From the NCBI GenBank assembly GCA_963829055.1, contig CAWHHI010000017.1:160001-224000 (forward strand): a stretch of DNA of 64,000 bases, written 5' to 3'. This DNA comes from an uncultured Gemmatimonadaceae bacterium (GTDB lineage Bacteria > Gemmatimonadota > Gemmatimonadetes > Gemmatimonadales > Gemmatimonadaceae). Positions within the stretch are counted from its first letter, which is position 1. Every line of letters begins with the position of its first letter. Below are positions 20,392 through 30,356 of this stretch, one piece after another. The notes under the pieces were generated by a model that did no database searches, was not told the origin of the DNA, and saw only the letters and a program-made list of their open reading frames with translations. A program made the translations under genes and the position numbers.

Positions 20392-20685
20392 ATGCCGAGA
20401 GGAGACAAGAGCGCCTACACCGACAAACAGAAACGCCAGGCCGAGCACATCGAGGAAGGCTACGAGGAACGCGGCGTGCCCGATGGTGAGGCGGAGCGCC
20501 GTGCCTGGGCGACGGTGAACGCCATGACGCACGGCGGGAAGAAGTCGGGCTCCGGTCGCGGACGGGCGGAGAACCACGAGCCCGCTCGGAAAGGCGGCCG
20601 CAAGGGCGGTCGGAGCGTCAGTGGCGACGAGCGCAGCCGCGCCGCGAAGAAAGGTTGGGAAACCAGACGTCGAAACGAGCGATGA
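20392..20685 (+). CDS. Small basic stress-associated protein with KGG-like repeats
   Basis: MPRGDKSAYTDKQKRQAEHIEEGY..AERRAWATVN; RKGGRKGG; GAGGAGG RBS. Confidence 0.8.
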   Translation: MPRGDKSAYTDKQKRQAEHIEEGYEERGVPDGEAERRAWATVNAMTHGGKKSGSGRGRAENHEPARKGGRKGGRSVSGDERSRAAKKGWETRRRNER

Positions 20686-20701
20686 TGCTCGAGATGACAC
20701 A

Positions 20702-21124
20702 ATGAGGCACCCGAGGCAGAGAAACGTCCACCGTTCGCCGACCGGCCGCTCCGCCCTCGTCGCGTTCGCGACGGCCATCGCCGCCGTCACCGTCGCAGCG
20801 TGTGGCACGTTCCATCGTGGCAGCGGCGAGCCACCGGCGTTGCTGTATTTCACGAACGAGTCGCTCGACCAGGCGGACGTCTATGCGGTGTCGTCCGGCG
20901 GTGCGTCGACCCGAATCGGCACGGTCTCCGGTGGTCGCACGGACACGCTCACGGTGCCGCGCGACGTCGTGGCCCGCAACGACAACGTGAATCTCGTGGC
21001 GCGTCTGCTGGCGCGATCGGCCATGCCCTCGAGTGGGCCGATCCCGATCCGTCCCGGCGACCATCTGGCGGTTCGGCTTCCGATCGATCAGAAGATGCTC
21101 GTGGTGCTGCCGGGCGACCCCTGA
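20702..21124 (+). CDS. Hypothetical lipoprotein
   Basis: Hydrophobic signal with lipobox VAAC; beta-rich mature part. Confidence 0.65.
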   Translation: MRHPRQRNVHRSPTGRSALVAFATAIAAVTVAACGTFHRGSGEPPALLYFTNESLDQADVYAVSSGGASTRIGTVSGGRTDTLTVPRDVVARNDNVNLVARLLARSAMPSSGPIPIRPGDHLAVRLPIDQKMLVVLPGDP

Positions 21125-21146
21125 TGGTCTGTCGTTAGGCCGACGC

Positions 21147-22167
21147 TCAGCGCGCCTTGAGCGCGAAGGTGATTGGCAGTCGGTCCCGCACGACCGTCAC
21201 GCTCATCGTCTCCGTCTGATTGACGCGGAGGAAGCGCAACGCACCGTCCTCCGAGAGGATGGACTTGCCGTCGATGTGCGAGATGGTGTCGCCGACGCGA
21301 ATGCCTGCGCGCTCGGCCGGACCTCCAGGCGTGAGCGCGACGATGGGAGGGTAGCCGTCGAACTTGTAGTACTCCGTACCGTCGGGCGTACGCGCGCGTG
21401 TGCACGCTGGCTGACAGCCGACCGCGAAACCGAAGCGTCGCCCGCCCGCGGACAGGTTCACCTCGACTCTCGGGCGCGCTGAATTGTGGCACGCCATCGA
21501 TGATGAACAGCGGCTCGTTCTTCGGTGCGGCTTGGGGCACCGTCTTTGGCCGGATCGTGCTGGCGCGCTTCGTCGTGATCAGGATGACTCCGTTGACGGC
21601 TCGCTCACCGTAGAGCGACCTGGCGGCAGGTCCCTTGAGCACCTCGATGGATTCGATCGAGGCGGAGTCGACCTGATTCAGATCGCTCACGACCCCGCCA
21701 TCCACGATCACGACCGGCGAGTTCGTAGGTGCCGACGACTGCTGCGGAACGGTCGAGGCGTCGCACCCGGGAGTCGTTGCGTCCACCTGCACGCGCGAGT
21801 TCCCGCGGCGTACCGTCACCGTCGCCTTCCCCGCCCGCGGGTACGTGAACTGATCGGCACCAGCCGCAGTCATGATCGGTTCGCCATTCACCGCCTCGAT
21901 CACATCGCCCGGCTGGAACGCGCTGGACTTCGCCGCATCGAGCACGATGGGCTCGGCCTGGAAGATCGTATGGAGCCGTGCTCTGTCACCACGCCTGACG
22001 GAGCAGCTCGCGCACTGGTACGACGTGATACCGAACGCGGCCCCCGGACCCGAGCACGATGCGGCTTCCTGAGCGGCGAGTGGAGGGACGCTGGCGATCA
22101 ACGCGACGAGCATCGCCGAGTAGTGCGTGCGACGTTCGCGAGATGTGCGACGATGTGCGTTAGGCAT
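21147..22167 (-). CDS. Secreted PDZ - TonB-receptor plug - PDZ protein, frameshift near 21480
   Basis: FQPGDVIEAVNGEP (PDZ); VVIVDG..IESIEVLKGPAARSLYGERAVNGVILITTK (SusC-type plug); PGGPAERAGIRVGDTISHIDG (PDZ). Confidence 0.72.
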
Positions 22168-22169
22168 GG

Positions 22170-22694
22170 TCAGAACCAGAGGACGCGTTGTGGTGGAGTC
22201 GACGTGGCGGGCACCCCACTCGTCCGCAGCGCCGCGGCAAGACCAGGCGTTAGGCCGCCATCGAGATTGTTGCGTGCGACCGCCTGCGCGGCACCGAGCA
22301 GGACGCGACTCGCGACCTCGATCGCTGTGGAGTCCGTTTTCGCGACCGCCCCAGCGTACCCGTTGGCCGCTCGCACGTAGGCAGACCCGGCTCGTTGCAT
22401 CAGCAGGATGCGATCGGACGTCGAGAGGTCGGTGCGCTCGAGACGCGCCTCGAGCGAGTTGCGTGTCGCCAGGTGCGCGCCGATTGCTCCACCGGCCACG
22501 AATAGCACGACGGCGGCGGCAAGCTGCAGCATCCACGATCGCCCTCGTCGCCGCGCCGCGAAGAAGCCTTCGCTTTCGAGCGAGGACACGAGCCGGTCCA
22601 GCTCACGCGGGGCGGGCAGACTCTCGCGAGGCAGCTCGGCGAACAGCTGGTCGAGCCGATCATCACGGCGCGGGAGATCGAGATCATCGGACAT
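22170..22694 (-). CDS. Single-pass membrane protein, putative anti-sigma factor
   Basis: Overlaps the ECF sigma stop; one TM segment WMLQLAAAVVLFVAGGAIG. Confidence 0.65.
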   Translation of the reverse strand: MSDDLDLPRRDDRLDQLFAELPRESLPAPRELDRLVSSLESEGFFAARRRGRSWMLQLAAAVVLFVAGGAIGAHLATRNSLEARLERTDLSTSDRILLMQRAGSAYVRAANGYAGAVAKTDSTAIEVASRVLLGAAQAVARNNLDGGLTPGLAAALRTSGVPATSTPPQRVLWF

Positions 22695-23238
22695 GAGACA
22701 CTCCGTCGATCAATAGTCGGCGCAGCGCGGAGCGCGCGCGTGAGAGCGTTGCCTTCGCGGTACCACTGGCGATCCCGAGTTGCACCGCGATCTCCTGATG
22801 TGTGAAGCCCTCGACGTCGTGCAGTACGACGACGACGCGTTGACGGTCGGTCAATCGGCTGAGCGCCCGCTCGAGATCGATCGCCGACGCCGGCCCCGAG
22901 TGGCTCGGCGCCGCGAGGTCGTCGAACAGATCGGTCTCGACATCCGCGGACCCACCGAACCGCGCGTAGGCAGTGCGGATGCCGATCGTCGTGAGCCACG
23001 TCGAGAACTTCGCCTCGCCGGAGTACCGATGAAGGCCGCGACACGCGGCGAGCCACGTCTCCTGCATCACGTCGTCGACCGCGTCCTGCCGCGCCGCACC
23101 GAGTAGCCGCGCGACGAGCATGCGAAGCCGCGGCGTGTGCCGCTGGTACAGCGCGCGAAACGCGTCCTCGCTGCCCCTGAGGAACCGACTGATCAGCGCC
23201 GCATCAGGTAGGTCAGCGAGAGAGCCGCGTATCGTCAC
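22684..23238 (-). CDS. ECF sigma-70 family RNA polymerase sigma factor
   Basis: DDVMQETWL..FSTWLTTI (region 2); VLHDVEGFTHQEIAVQLGIASGTAKATLSRAR (region 4). Confidence 0.93.
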   Translation of the reverse strand: MTIRGSLADLPDAALISRFLRGSEDAFRALYQRHTPRLRMLVARLLGAARQDAVDDVMQETWLAACRGLHRYSGEAKFSTWLTTIGIRTAYARFGGSADVETDLFDDLAAPSHSGPASAIDLERALSRLTDRQRVVVVLHDVEGFTHQEIAVQLGIASGTAKATLSRARSALRRLLIDGVSHVR

Positions 23239-23339
23239 GCTATCTATGTGGGCGCGCGTGCAGAAAAGGTTGCAGCGCGGATGGACGAGAGTTGCAATTC
23301 ACAACGAGGACTGCTCGCGGCGACCATCCGCACGGACCA

Positions 23340-23613
23340 CTTCGGCACGGCATCCAGAACGCGGAGTGTGAACTGATTGGACGGAAACAACGGAAACGGC
23401 CCGATCCGATCGCGACCCGGACAGACCGTGGAATGGGCCCGTCGAAGGAGAGGAACGGCCTCGCGACGCATTGGCCTCACGACGCCGTTCCCATTTCCGT
23501 CAGCGCTCGTTGCGCAGCGGCGCTCCCGACGTCAGACCGATCCGCCCGATCCGATGTTTCCGGCCGCTTCCGTTCACACCCTCGGTTCTGGATGGCTGGT
23601 GAAGCCGTTCCCT
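23340..23613. repeat. MITE-like element, family C copy 2
   Basis: Imperfect TIR CATCCAGAACGCGGAGTGTGAAC / GTTCACACCCTCGGTTCTGGATG; homologous to 12269-12489. Confidence 0.8.
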
Positions 23614-24568
23614 AGGGCCAGTCGCTGAACACCACCTCGCCCGGTCCCGCGAACGCCGCATAGAGATCATCATCGAACGTCCGGTACCGCGTCCCGAACG
23701 TCTGCTCGAAGTGCGTTCCCCAATCCGGACGCGATCCATCGACGTCCGTGAACCCATACTCGTGCGCCAGAGTCCACGACGCGAAGACCTTCCCCGATTT
23801 CGATTTCACATCAGGGTCGGCGGCAAGTGCCGCCACCCCGCGTCCCACATAGAGCGGTGACTCCGACGCGATGAAGTTCGAATCCTTCTTCGCGCCCTCG
23901 CGCCACGTCTCCGCCGTCACGCCGAAGTGCTCGAGCATGAACTCCGAGCGCAGAAAACCTGGCGTGACCGCGACCGCCGCGACGTCGTGCTTGCGGAGCT
24001 CACGCGCTTGAATGAACGCGAGCCTGATGACCGTCGACTTCACGAGGTCGTAGAAGATGTTGCCGCGATACCCGTAGAAATCGCCATCCGTGATCTCCAC
24101 GATCAGGCCCGGTCCGCGAGCGTCGCGCTCGAACATGAGCGGCGCCGCGTGGTGGCTCGTCAGAATGTGAGACCAGATGGCCTGGTCGATCATCTTGCGG
24201 CCGTTCTCGATATTCACCTGCCAGAACGTCTTGCCGAATTCCGTCAGGGCGTCGCCGCCCCACACGTCGTTGACGAGCACGTCGAGCCGACCCTGCTCGT
24301 GCCTAACGCGCTCGACGAGGGCGCGCACCTCGGCATCGACTGTGTGGTCGCACCGCACCGCCACACCCGTGCCGCCCGCGGCTGTCACCAGCTCGGCGGT
24401 CTCGTCAATGGTCTCGGGCCGACCAGCACCGCTCGCGAGATTCCCGCGCACCGAGCGCCCGGTGCAGTACACCGTCGCTCCCTGTTCGCCGAGCGCGACG
24501 GCGATGCCGCGTCCAGCCCCACGCGTCGCACCGGCGACGAGCGCCACTCGGCCGTCCAGTGAACCCAC
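23612..24568 (-). CDS. Short-chain dehydrogenase/reductase (DHRS1-like)
   Basis: AGATRGAGRG, GRLDVLVND, catalytic YDLVK. Confidence 0.9.
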   Translation of the reverse strand: MGSLDGRVALVAGATRGAGRGIAVALGEQGATVYCTGRSVRGNLASGAGRPETIDETAELVTAAGGTGVAVRCDHTVDAEVRALVERVRHEQGRLDVLVNDVWGGDALTEFGKTFWQVNIENGRKMIDQAIWSHILTSHHAAPLMFERDARGPGLIVEITDGDFYGYRGNIFYDLVKSTVIRLAFIQARELRKHDVAAVAVTPGFLRSEFMLEHFGVTAETWREGAKKDSNFIASESPLYVGRGVAALAADPDVKSKSGKVFASWTLAHEYGFTDVDGSRPDWGTHFEQTFGTRYRTFDDDLYAAFAGPGEVVFSDWP

Positions 24569-24757
24569 GTTGCCTCCTCAGAGAGAGACGACAGCATAAG
24601 TGAATCGCCGTTTACAATCAATCCTGCTACGAGAAGATGGGACCCCATCAACACGTCCCGCGTGTCGCGTCAAGAACACGTCTTGCACCCCTGGCCTCTT
24701 GCCGATGCAGGCATCGCAGAATCTGGAGCAAGTGCAAAATTGCAATCGGGAGGAATT

Positions 24758-25432
24758 GTGAACACTCGAGTGGCGGGTCGAACAGTGGCGGCGTTGACGG
24801 CTGTGCTCGTGGTAGGCGCGTGCAACACACGAGACCGGAACGCCACCGACACATTGGGCGCGCGAGCTGACACCGCGACCACACGTACTGCAGCAGCGAC
24901 GGACACCGCCGCACGGCGAGTCGATACGGCGGCCGGAACGGTCGCCAAGCGCGGCGGATGGACCGACGCTTCCATTCTCGCGTTCGCGGGTGCGGCGAAC
25001 ACGGGAGAGATTCGCGAAGGTGAGCTCGCCGCGAAGAAGGCGACGAACCCAGCCGTGAAGGCATTCGCTCGGCAAATGGCTGCGGATCATCGCACGCTCA
25101 TGAACGAAGGGAAGTCGCTCGCATTGAAGATGAGCGTGACACCGGATACGACCGACGATGACGTCCGGGACCTGATGAAGGAGTCGGCGGATGATCTCAA
25201 GGACCTCACCGAGAAGACTGCCGGCGCGGACTGGGACAAGGACTTCATCGATCACGAGATCAAGGGACACAAGGACGTGCTCGACAAGCTGCAGGACGCG
25301 GCAAAGAACACGACCAACCCGCAGCTCCGCACGGCGCTCGAGAAGGCGACGGGCAAGGTGCAGGAGCACCTGACGAAGGCGCAGGACATCAAGGACAACG
25401 CGCTGAACAAGGACAGCACCCGCAAGGGCTGA
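24758..25432 (+). CDS. DUF4142 family lipoprotein
   Basis: GGAGGA RBS, lipobox VGAC; EIREGELAAKKATNPAVKAFARQMAADH; WDKDFIDHEIKGH. Confidence 0.85.
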   Translation: MNTRVAGRTVAALTAVLVVGACNTRDRNATDTLGARADTATTRTAAATDTAARRVDTAAGTVAKRGGWTDASILAFAGAANTGEIREGELAAKKATNPAVKAFARQMAADHRTLMNEGKSLALKMSVTPDTTDDDVRDLMKESADDLKDLTEKTAGADWDKDFIDHEIKGHKDVLDKLQDAAKNTTNPQLRTALEKATGKVQEHLTKAQDIKDNALNKDSTRKG

Positions 25433-25446
25433 CCACCGAGCGACTG

Positions 25447-25479
25447 GAGGCGCCCGCGGCCTAACGCCGCGGGCGCCTC
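25447..25479 (+). terminator. 14-bp GC hairpin after DUF4142, loop CTAAC
   Basis: GAGGCGCCCGCGGC-ctaac-GCCGCGGGCGCCTC; no U-tract. Confidence 0.5.
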
Positions 25480-25627
25480 GTCGCATTGCTTCGGGACCCC
25501 GCCGCCAGGCCACCGGCCCTGTGTCATTGATCTCGGCCTCCGCTACCCGTTCGATTCGCGCCGGAATGCGAGCGGGGATAGCTTTTCGCACCACAACGCA
25601 TCGGCCGCGCGACAAGGAGATCGGTGA

Positions 25628-27322
25628 ATGCAGAGTCAGTCTCGTTCGACCACGTATGACGTGTGCATTGTCGGTTCGGGCGCCGGCGGGGGCATGGCGG
25701 CCCACGCCCTCACGAAGGCCGGCGCTCGGGTCGCGCTCCTCGAGGCCGGGCAGATGTGGGATCCGATCAAGGACGGCGCCATGCTCAAGTGGCCGTACGA
25801 CTCGCCACGTCGCGGTGCGTCCACGCGGGAAAAGCCGTTCGGCGAATACGACGGCTGCATCGGTGGCTGGCAGATCGACGGCGAGCCGTACACCACCGCG
25901 CCAGGCTCGAAGTTCGACTGGTGGCGCGCTCGCATGCTCGGCGGCCGTACGAACCACTGGGGCCGAATCTCCCTGCGATTCGGACCCTACGACTTTGCCC
26001 GCAAGAGCCGCGACGGACTCGGTGATGACTGGCCGATCACGTACGACGACGTGAAGCCGTGGTACGACGAGGTCGACAAGCTCATCGGGATCTTCGGCAG
26101 CGTCGAGGGACTGCCTAACGAACCGGATGGCATCTTCCATCCGCCGCCGGTGCCTCGCTGCTACGAGCGCCTCGCGAGCAACGCCGCGAAGAAGCTCGGC
26201 CTGACCGTCGTGCCGTCGCGGCTGTCGATCATCACGAAGCCGCACAATGGCCGCGCGCCGTGTCATTACTGCGGACAGTGCAACCGCGGGTGCATGACGA
26301 ACTCCAACTTCTCATCGACCGGCGTGCTCATTCCGCCCGCGCAGAAGACGGGGCGTCTGACGCTGATCACCAACGCCATGGCGCGCGAAGTCACGGTCGG
26401 CAAGGACGGCCTCGCGAACGGCGTCAGCTACATCGACAAGAAGACTGGACGAGATGCACACGTCTCGGCGCGCATCGTCGTACTCGCCGCGAGTGCGTGC
26501 GAGACGGCGCGTCTGCTGCTCAACTCGAAGTCGTCGACGTTTCCAAACGGCCTCGCGAACTCGAGCGGCACGGTGGGCAAGTATCTCACCGACACCACAG
26601 GATCCGACGTCTCGGGATTCATTCCGAAAATGATGGAGATGCCGCCGCATAACGAGGACGGCGTGGGCGGTATGCACATCTACATGCCGTGGTGGCTCGA
26701 CAATTCAAAGCTCGACTTCCCGCGCGGCTACCACATCGAGACATGGGGCGGCCGCGGCATGCCGGGCTCCGGCTTCATGGGCGGCATCCACCGCTACCCG
26801 AATGGCGGCGGCTACGGCGCATCGCTCAAGGATGACTACCGCCGCTATTACGGCTCGACGATCGGCTTCAGCGGCCGTGGCGAGATGATCCCTAACGATG
26901 ATTCATACTGCGAGATCGACCCGAACGTCGTCGACCAGTACGGCATCCCCGTGTTGCGCTTCCACTGGAAGTGGACGGACGCCGAATACAATCAGGTCAA
27001 GCACATGCAGGAGACGTTCAGGGCGATCATCGCCGAGATGGGCGGTGAGGTGTTCTCACCGATGCCGACGAAGGAGCAGGGCTACGGCATCGCGAACGGT
27101 GGCGCGATCATCCACGAGCTCGGCGGCGCGCGTATGGGCAAGGATCCGGCGACGTCGGTGGTGAATGCGAACTGTCAGGCGCACGACGTGAAGAATCTGT
27201 TCGTGACGGATGGCTCACCGTTCGTGAGTCAGGCAGACAAGAATCCGACGTGGACGATTCTCGCGTTGTCGATGCGCACGAGTGATTTCATCGCCTCCCA
27301 ACGAAAGGCTGGTGCCCTGTGA
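25628..27322 (+). CDS. GMC-family FAD oxidoreductase (glycoside 3-dehydrogenase-like flavoprotein)
   Basis: IVGSGAGGG, GGRTNHWGR, CHYCGQCNRGC Fe-S motif, IHELGGARMG, NPTWTILAL. Confidence 0.93.
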   Translation: MQSQSRSTTYDVCIVGSGAGGGMAAHALTKAGARVALLEAGQMWDPIKDGAMLKWPYDSPRRGASTREKPFGEYDGCIGGWQIDGEPYTTAPGSKFDWWRARMLGGRTNHWGRISLRFGPYDFARKSRDGLGDDWPITYDDVKPWYDEVDKLIGIFGSVEGLPNEPDGIFHPPPVPRCYERLASNAAKKLGLTVVPSRLSIITKPHNGRAPCHYCGQCNRGCMTNSNFSSTGVLIPPAQKTGRLTLITNAMAREVTVGKDGLANGVSYIDKKTGRDAHVSARIVVLAASACETARLLLNSKSSTFPNGLANSSGTVGKYLTDTTGSDVSGFIPKMMEMPPHNEDGVGGMHIYMPWWLDNSKLDFPRGYHIETWGGRGMPGSGFMGGIHRYPNGGGYGASLKDDYRRYYGSTIGFSGRGEMIPNDDSYCEIDPNVVDQYGIPVLRFHWKWTDAEYNQVKHMQETFRAIIAEMGGEVFSPMPTKEQGYGIANGGAIIHELGGARMGKDPATSVVNANCQAHDVKNLFVTDGSPFVSQADKNPTWTILALSMRTSDFIASQRKAGAL

Positions 27323-27981
27323 CGGAAATGGATCGGCGCGGGGCGCTCAAGGCGCTGGCGGCGGCCGCCGCGGTTCCCGTGTTAGGCACGTTCGAGATCG
27401 GCGAAGAAAAAATGCTGCGCGCGCGAGAAGCCGCGGAGTCGGCGGTGCTCGCGGAGATGCAGGGCACGCAGTACGCGCCGAAGTTCTTCACCCGTCACGA
27501 ATACCAGACCGTTCGCGTGCTCGTGGACTACATCATCCCACGTGATGCACGCTCCGGGTCGGCGACGGACGCCGGCGTCCCACAGTACATGGACTTCGTG
27601 CTCTCGGACCAGACGCCTCCGCCTGGCCCGCCGAACCCGACCCCGCGTTTCTACGTCGCGCCGACATCGTCGCAGATCAACGTCCGCGGTGGACTCGCGT
27701 GGCTGGACAACGAGTGCGCGCGCCGCTTCGGCGCCGGAACGACGTTCCTGTCCGCGACCGATGCTCAGCGCCGCCAGGTGCTCGACGACATTGCCTGGCC
27801 GGCGAAGGCGAAGCCCGAGATGAGCCACGGCGTGGCGTTCTTCACACGCGTGCGGGACATGACCGCATCGGGATTCTTCTCGAGCAAGATGGGCATTCAG
27901 GACGTCCGCTACATCGGCAACGTGCCTATGGCGAAGTGGGACGGGTGCCCGCCGGAGGTCATCGCGAAGCTCGGCGTTTGA
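27319..27981 (+). CDS. Gluconate 2-dehydrogenase subunit 3 family (TAT escort subunit)
   Basis: DRRGALK TAT-like signal; IIPRD..SATDAGVPQYMD; FFTRVRDMTASGFFSS; 4-nt overlap with the GMC gene. Confidence 0.9.
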   Translation: MTEMDRRGALKALAAAAAVPVLGTFEIGEEKMLRAREAAESAVLAEMQGTQYAPKFFTRHEYQTVRVLVDYIIPRDARSGSATDAGVPQYMDFVLSDQTPPPGPPNPTPRFYVAPTSSQINVRGGLAWLDNECARRFGAGTTFLSATDAQRRQVLDDIAWPAKAKPEMSHGVAFFTRVRDMTASGFFSSKMGIQDVRYIGNVPMAKWDGCPPEVIAKLGV

Positions 27982-28216
27982 ACCTCGGGTCGTCCCGGGT
28001 CGTCCCACTCACCGCCCGATCACAGTCCTTCGCCGCCTGTGCTTCGGCCCTCGCCGCGTGCGAATTGCCAATCCCGCCTCGCCTCCCCACTCATCGGGCG
28101 TCGCTCAGTAGCCGAATACCGTCGTCGCGGTCGCGAGTCGACTGCTGATTGGCGGTACCGGCCGCTGCGAGCGAGTCACCCAGGCGCGCGTCAAGCGCGA
28201 TCACCAGGCACTCGGA

Positions 28217-28636
28217 GTGGGCGCGATGCGGATGAGTTATGTTCTACTGGCAGTCGTGGCGATCGGATGTGGTGGCGGTGGTGGCGGCGACGGATACACC
28301 ACGGGGCCAGGGACGGGAAACGGGCCGGGGACTGGCGCCGGTGCGGCGGCGGGGACGGCATCTATCTCCATGCAACAATCCGATGACGGATACGGAACCG
28401 CAGTCTTCTCGTTCTCGCCTGGGTCCGTGACTATCGCCAAGGGCGGTACGGTGACCTGGACGAACGAGGCCGGAAAGGTCGCGCATAACGTGACGTTCGC
28501 GGCGACGACTGGCGCACCAGCGAATATCCCCAACATGACGAGCGGCTCCAACTCGCGATCATTCGCGGCCTCGGGATCGTACTCATATCAGTGCACGAAC
28601 CACCCAGGCATGAACGGGACAGTTTCCGTGCAGTGA
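28217..28636 (+). CDS. Cupredoxin (plastocyanin/amicyanin-like) lipoprotein
   Basis: Lipobox AIGC; TVTWTN..HNVTF and YQCTNHPGMNGTV type-1 copper ligands. Confidence 0.85.
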   Translation: MGAMRMSYVLLAVVAIGCGGGGGGDGYTTGPGTGNGPGTGAGAAAGTASISMQQSDDGYGTAVFSFSPGSVTIAKGGTVTWTNEAGKVAHNVTFAATTGAPANIPNMTSGSNSRSFAASGSYSYQCTNHPGMNGTVSVQ

Positions 28637-28741
28637 ACCACACCAGGACTGCAGTGCGAAGGGTGGGACCACGGCTCCTCGGCTAACCCCGGGGAGTCGT
28701 TTTTCTTTGGGGGTTGGCCGCGTAATTCCGGTACCTACGTC

Positions 28742-28771
28742 ATTGGGGTCAGACTCGAGTCTGACCCCAAT
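28742..28771. repeat. Perfect 30-bp palindrome, family D copy 2
   Basis: ATTGGGGTCAGACTCGAGTCTGACCCCAAT. Confidence 0.85.
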
Positions 28772-28875
28772 TGGCACCGCGTCGGCCGGCATCCTCCAGC
28801 GGCGCAACCAGCTCCCACTAGATTTTCGGGGTTTATTCGGCCATCCTCAAGCCTCAAGATCTGCGAGGAACCGGC

Positions 28876-30156
28876 ATGGCGCGAGAGCTGGAGCTGACCG
28901 AGAAGCTGAACATCCTCATGTCTCTCGCCGCCGAGGATCGCGAGGGGCCCCCGCAGGCAGCGCCGACGTTGCTGCCCCCGCGGCTCCGTCATGCAAGCGA
29001 CGCCGGCGCACTGCGGCCGCTCAACATCCGTGTGCTGCGTGGCGCCGGCGGGCCAGTGAAGCTGCTGCGCATCCTGATGACCAACGCCTGCGCGCTCAAC
29101 TGCCACTACTGCCCCATGCGCCGCGACCGCGCCATGCGCCGCACGCTTCTCAAGCCCGAGGAGCTCGTGCGGATCTTCCTCGGCGCGCTCCGCCGCGGTT
29201 GGTGCGAGGGGTTGTTCATCACCACCGGCATCCCCGCGCGCCCGGAGAAAGTCACCGACGATCTGATCGCCGTCCTCGAGCTGCTGCGCGTTAGGCACCG
29301 CTTCGCCGGCTACATCCACGTGAAGCTCGTCCCCGGCGCTCAGGAGGCGCAGATCCAGCGGATCACGGCGCTCGCGACGCGCGTATCCGTGAACCTCGAA
29401 GCCGCGTGCGGCGACACGCTGGAGCGCATTGCGCCCGAGAAGCAGCTCGCGAGGACGCTCGTGACGCTCGAACGCGCGCGCCGCGTGGTCGTCGACAACA
29501 CACAGGAGGAACGCGCCGGTCGCCCGCGCGACGCACGACGGCCCGGCGGCATCGCGGGTATGACCATGCAGTTCGTGGTCGGTGCCACGCCGGACTCAGA
29601 CAGAGCGATCATGGATCGTGTGACGAGCCTCTATGCCGGCGGCGGGATCCATCACGCGCACTTCAGCGCATTCCGGCCCATCCGCGATACGCCGATGGAA
29701 GGCGCGCCGGCGACCCCGGCGCTGCGCGAACATCGCCTGTATCAGGCGGATTGGCTCGTGCGCGACTACGGCTTCGCGCCTAACGAGGTCGTGTACGAGG
29801 ACACCGGCAACCTGCCGCTCGCGGTGGACCCCAAGGCGGCATGGGCGCTGGCGCACCCGGAACACTTTCCGGTGGACGTGAGCACCGGCACCTACGAGCA
29901 GCTGGTGCGCGTCCCGGGCATCGGCCCACGATCGGCACGTCGTCTCGTGAACGAGCGGCGCACCGCGGTCATCAACGGGCTGGCGGACCTTCGTCGCTTT
30001 GGCATGGTGACCACCCGCGCGGCGGGATTCCTGACGCTGCGCGGCCGGCGATTGCAAACGGTGCGCTGGACGCAGCAGCTCGGCCTCTGGCGCCCGGAAG
30101 ACGAGGTGGGCGCGCGACACGACGTCTACGAGTTCAGCCCCGGCACCTTTCGTTAG
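28876..30156 (+). CDS. Putative DNA modification/repair radical SAM protein with helix-hairpin-helix
   Basis: LLRILMTNACALNCHYC (CxxxCxxC), GYIHVKL, SVNLE, REHRLYQADWL, LVRVPGIGPRSA. Confidence 0.9.
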   Translation: MARELELTEKLNILMSLAAEDREGPPQAAPTLLPPRLRHASDAGALRPLNIRVLRGAGGPVKLLRILMTNACALNCHYCPMRRDRAMRRTLLKPEELVRIFLGALRRGWCEGLFITTGIPARPEKVTDDLIAVLELLRVRHRFAGYIHVKLVPGAQEAQIQRITALATRVSVNLEAACGDTLERIAPEKQLARTLVTLERARRVVVDNTQEERAGRPRDARRPGGIAGMTMQFVVGATPDSDRAIMDRVTSLYAGGGIHHAHFSAFRPIRDTPMEGAPATPALREHRLYQADWLVRDYGFAPNEVVYEDTGNLPLAVDPKAAWALAHPEHFPVDVSTGTYEQLVRVPGIGPRSARRLVNERRTAVINGLADLRRFGMVTTRAAGFLTLRGRRLQTVRWTQQLGLWRPEDEVGARHDVYEFSPGTFR

Positions 30157-30166
30157 GCAGGACTAC

Positions 30167-30348
30167 GGAACGCTGAACGCTCTGAACGCTCAGAACACGC
30201 AGAAGGCAGGAGCGGCGGTGAAATAGCGCTGTCATCCCGAGCGCCAGCGAGGGACCTCGTGTGATGTCACTCGTGGCCAGGCCGGCCACGAGGACTTCAC
30301 ACAAGTTCCCTCGTCCCCGCTGCCGGTTCCCGACTCCTCGGGATGACA
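30167..30348. repeat. GAACGC(T/A) short repeats followed by a family A (ATCCC variant) element
   Basis: GAACGCTGAACGCTCTGAACGCTCAGAAC; TGTCATCCCGAGCG 30230 ... CTCGGGATGACA 30348. Confidence 0.75.
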
Positions 30349-30356
30349 GCACACGA

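Noticed and set aside
20392..20685. Plasmid stabilisation or toxin-antitoxin role for the 97-aa protein
   Set aside because: No RelE/ParE-like features or partner gene; the context is chromosomal and the KGG-like tail suggests a stress protein.
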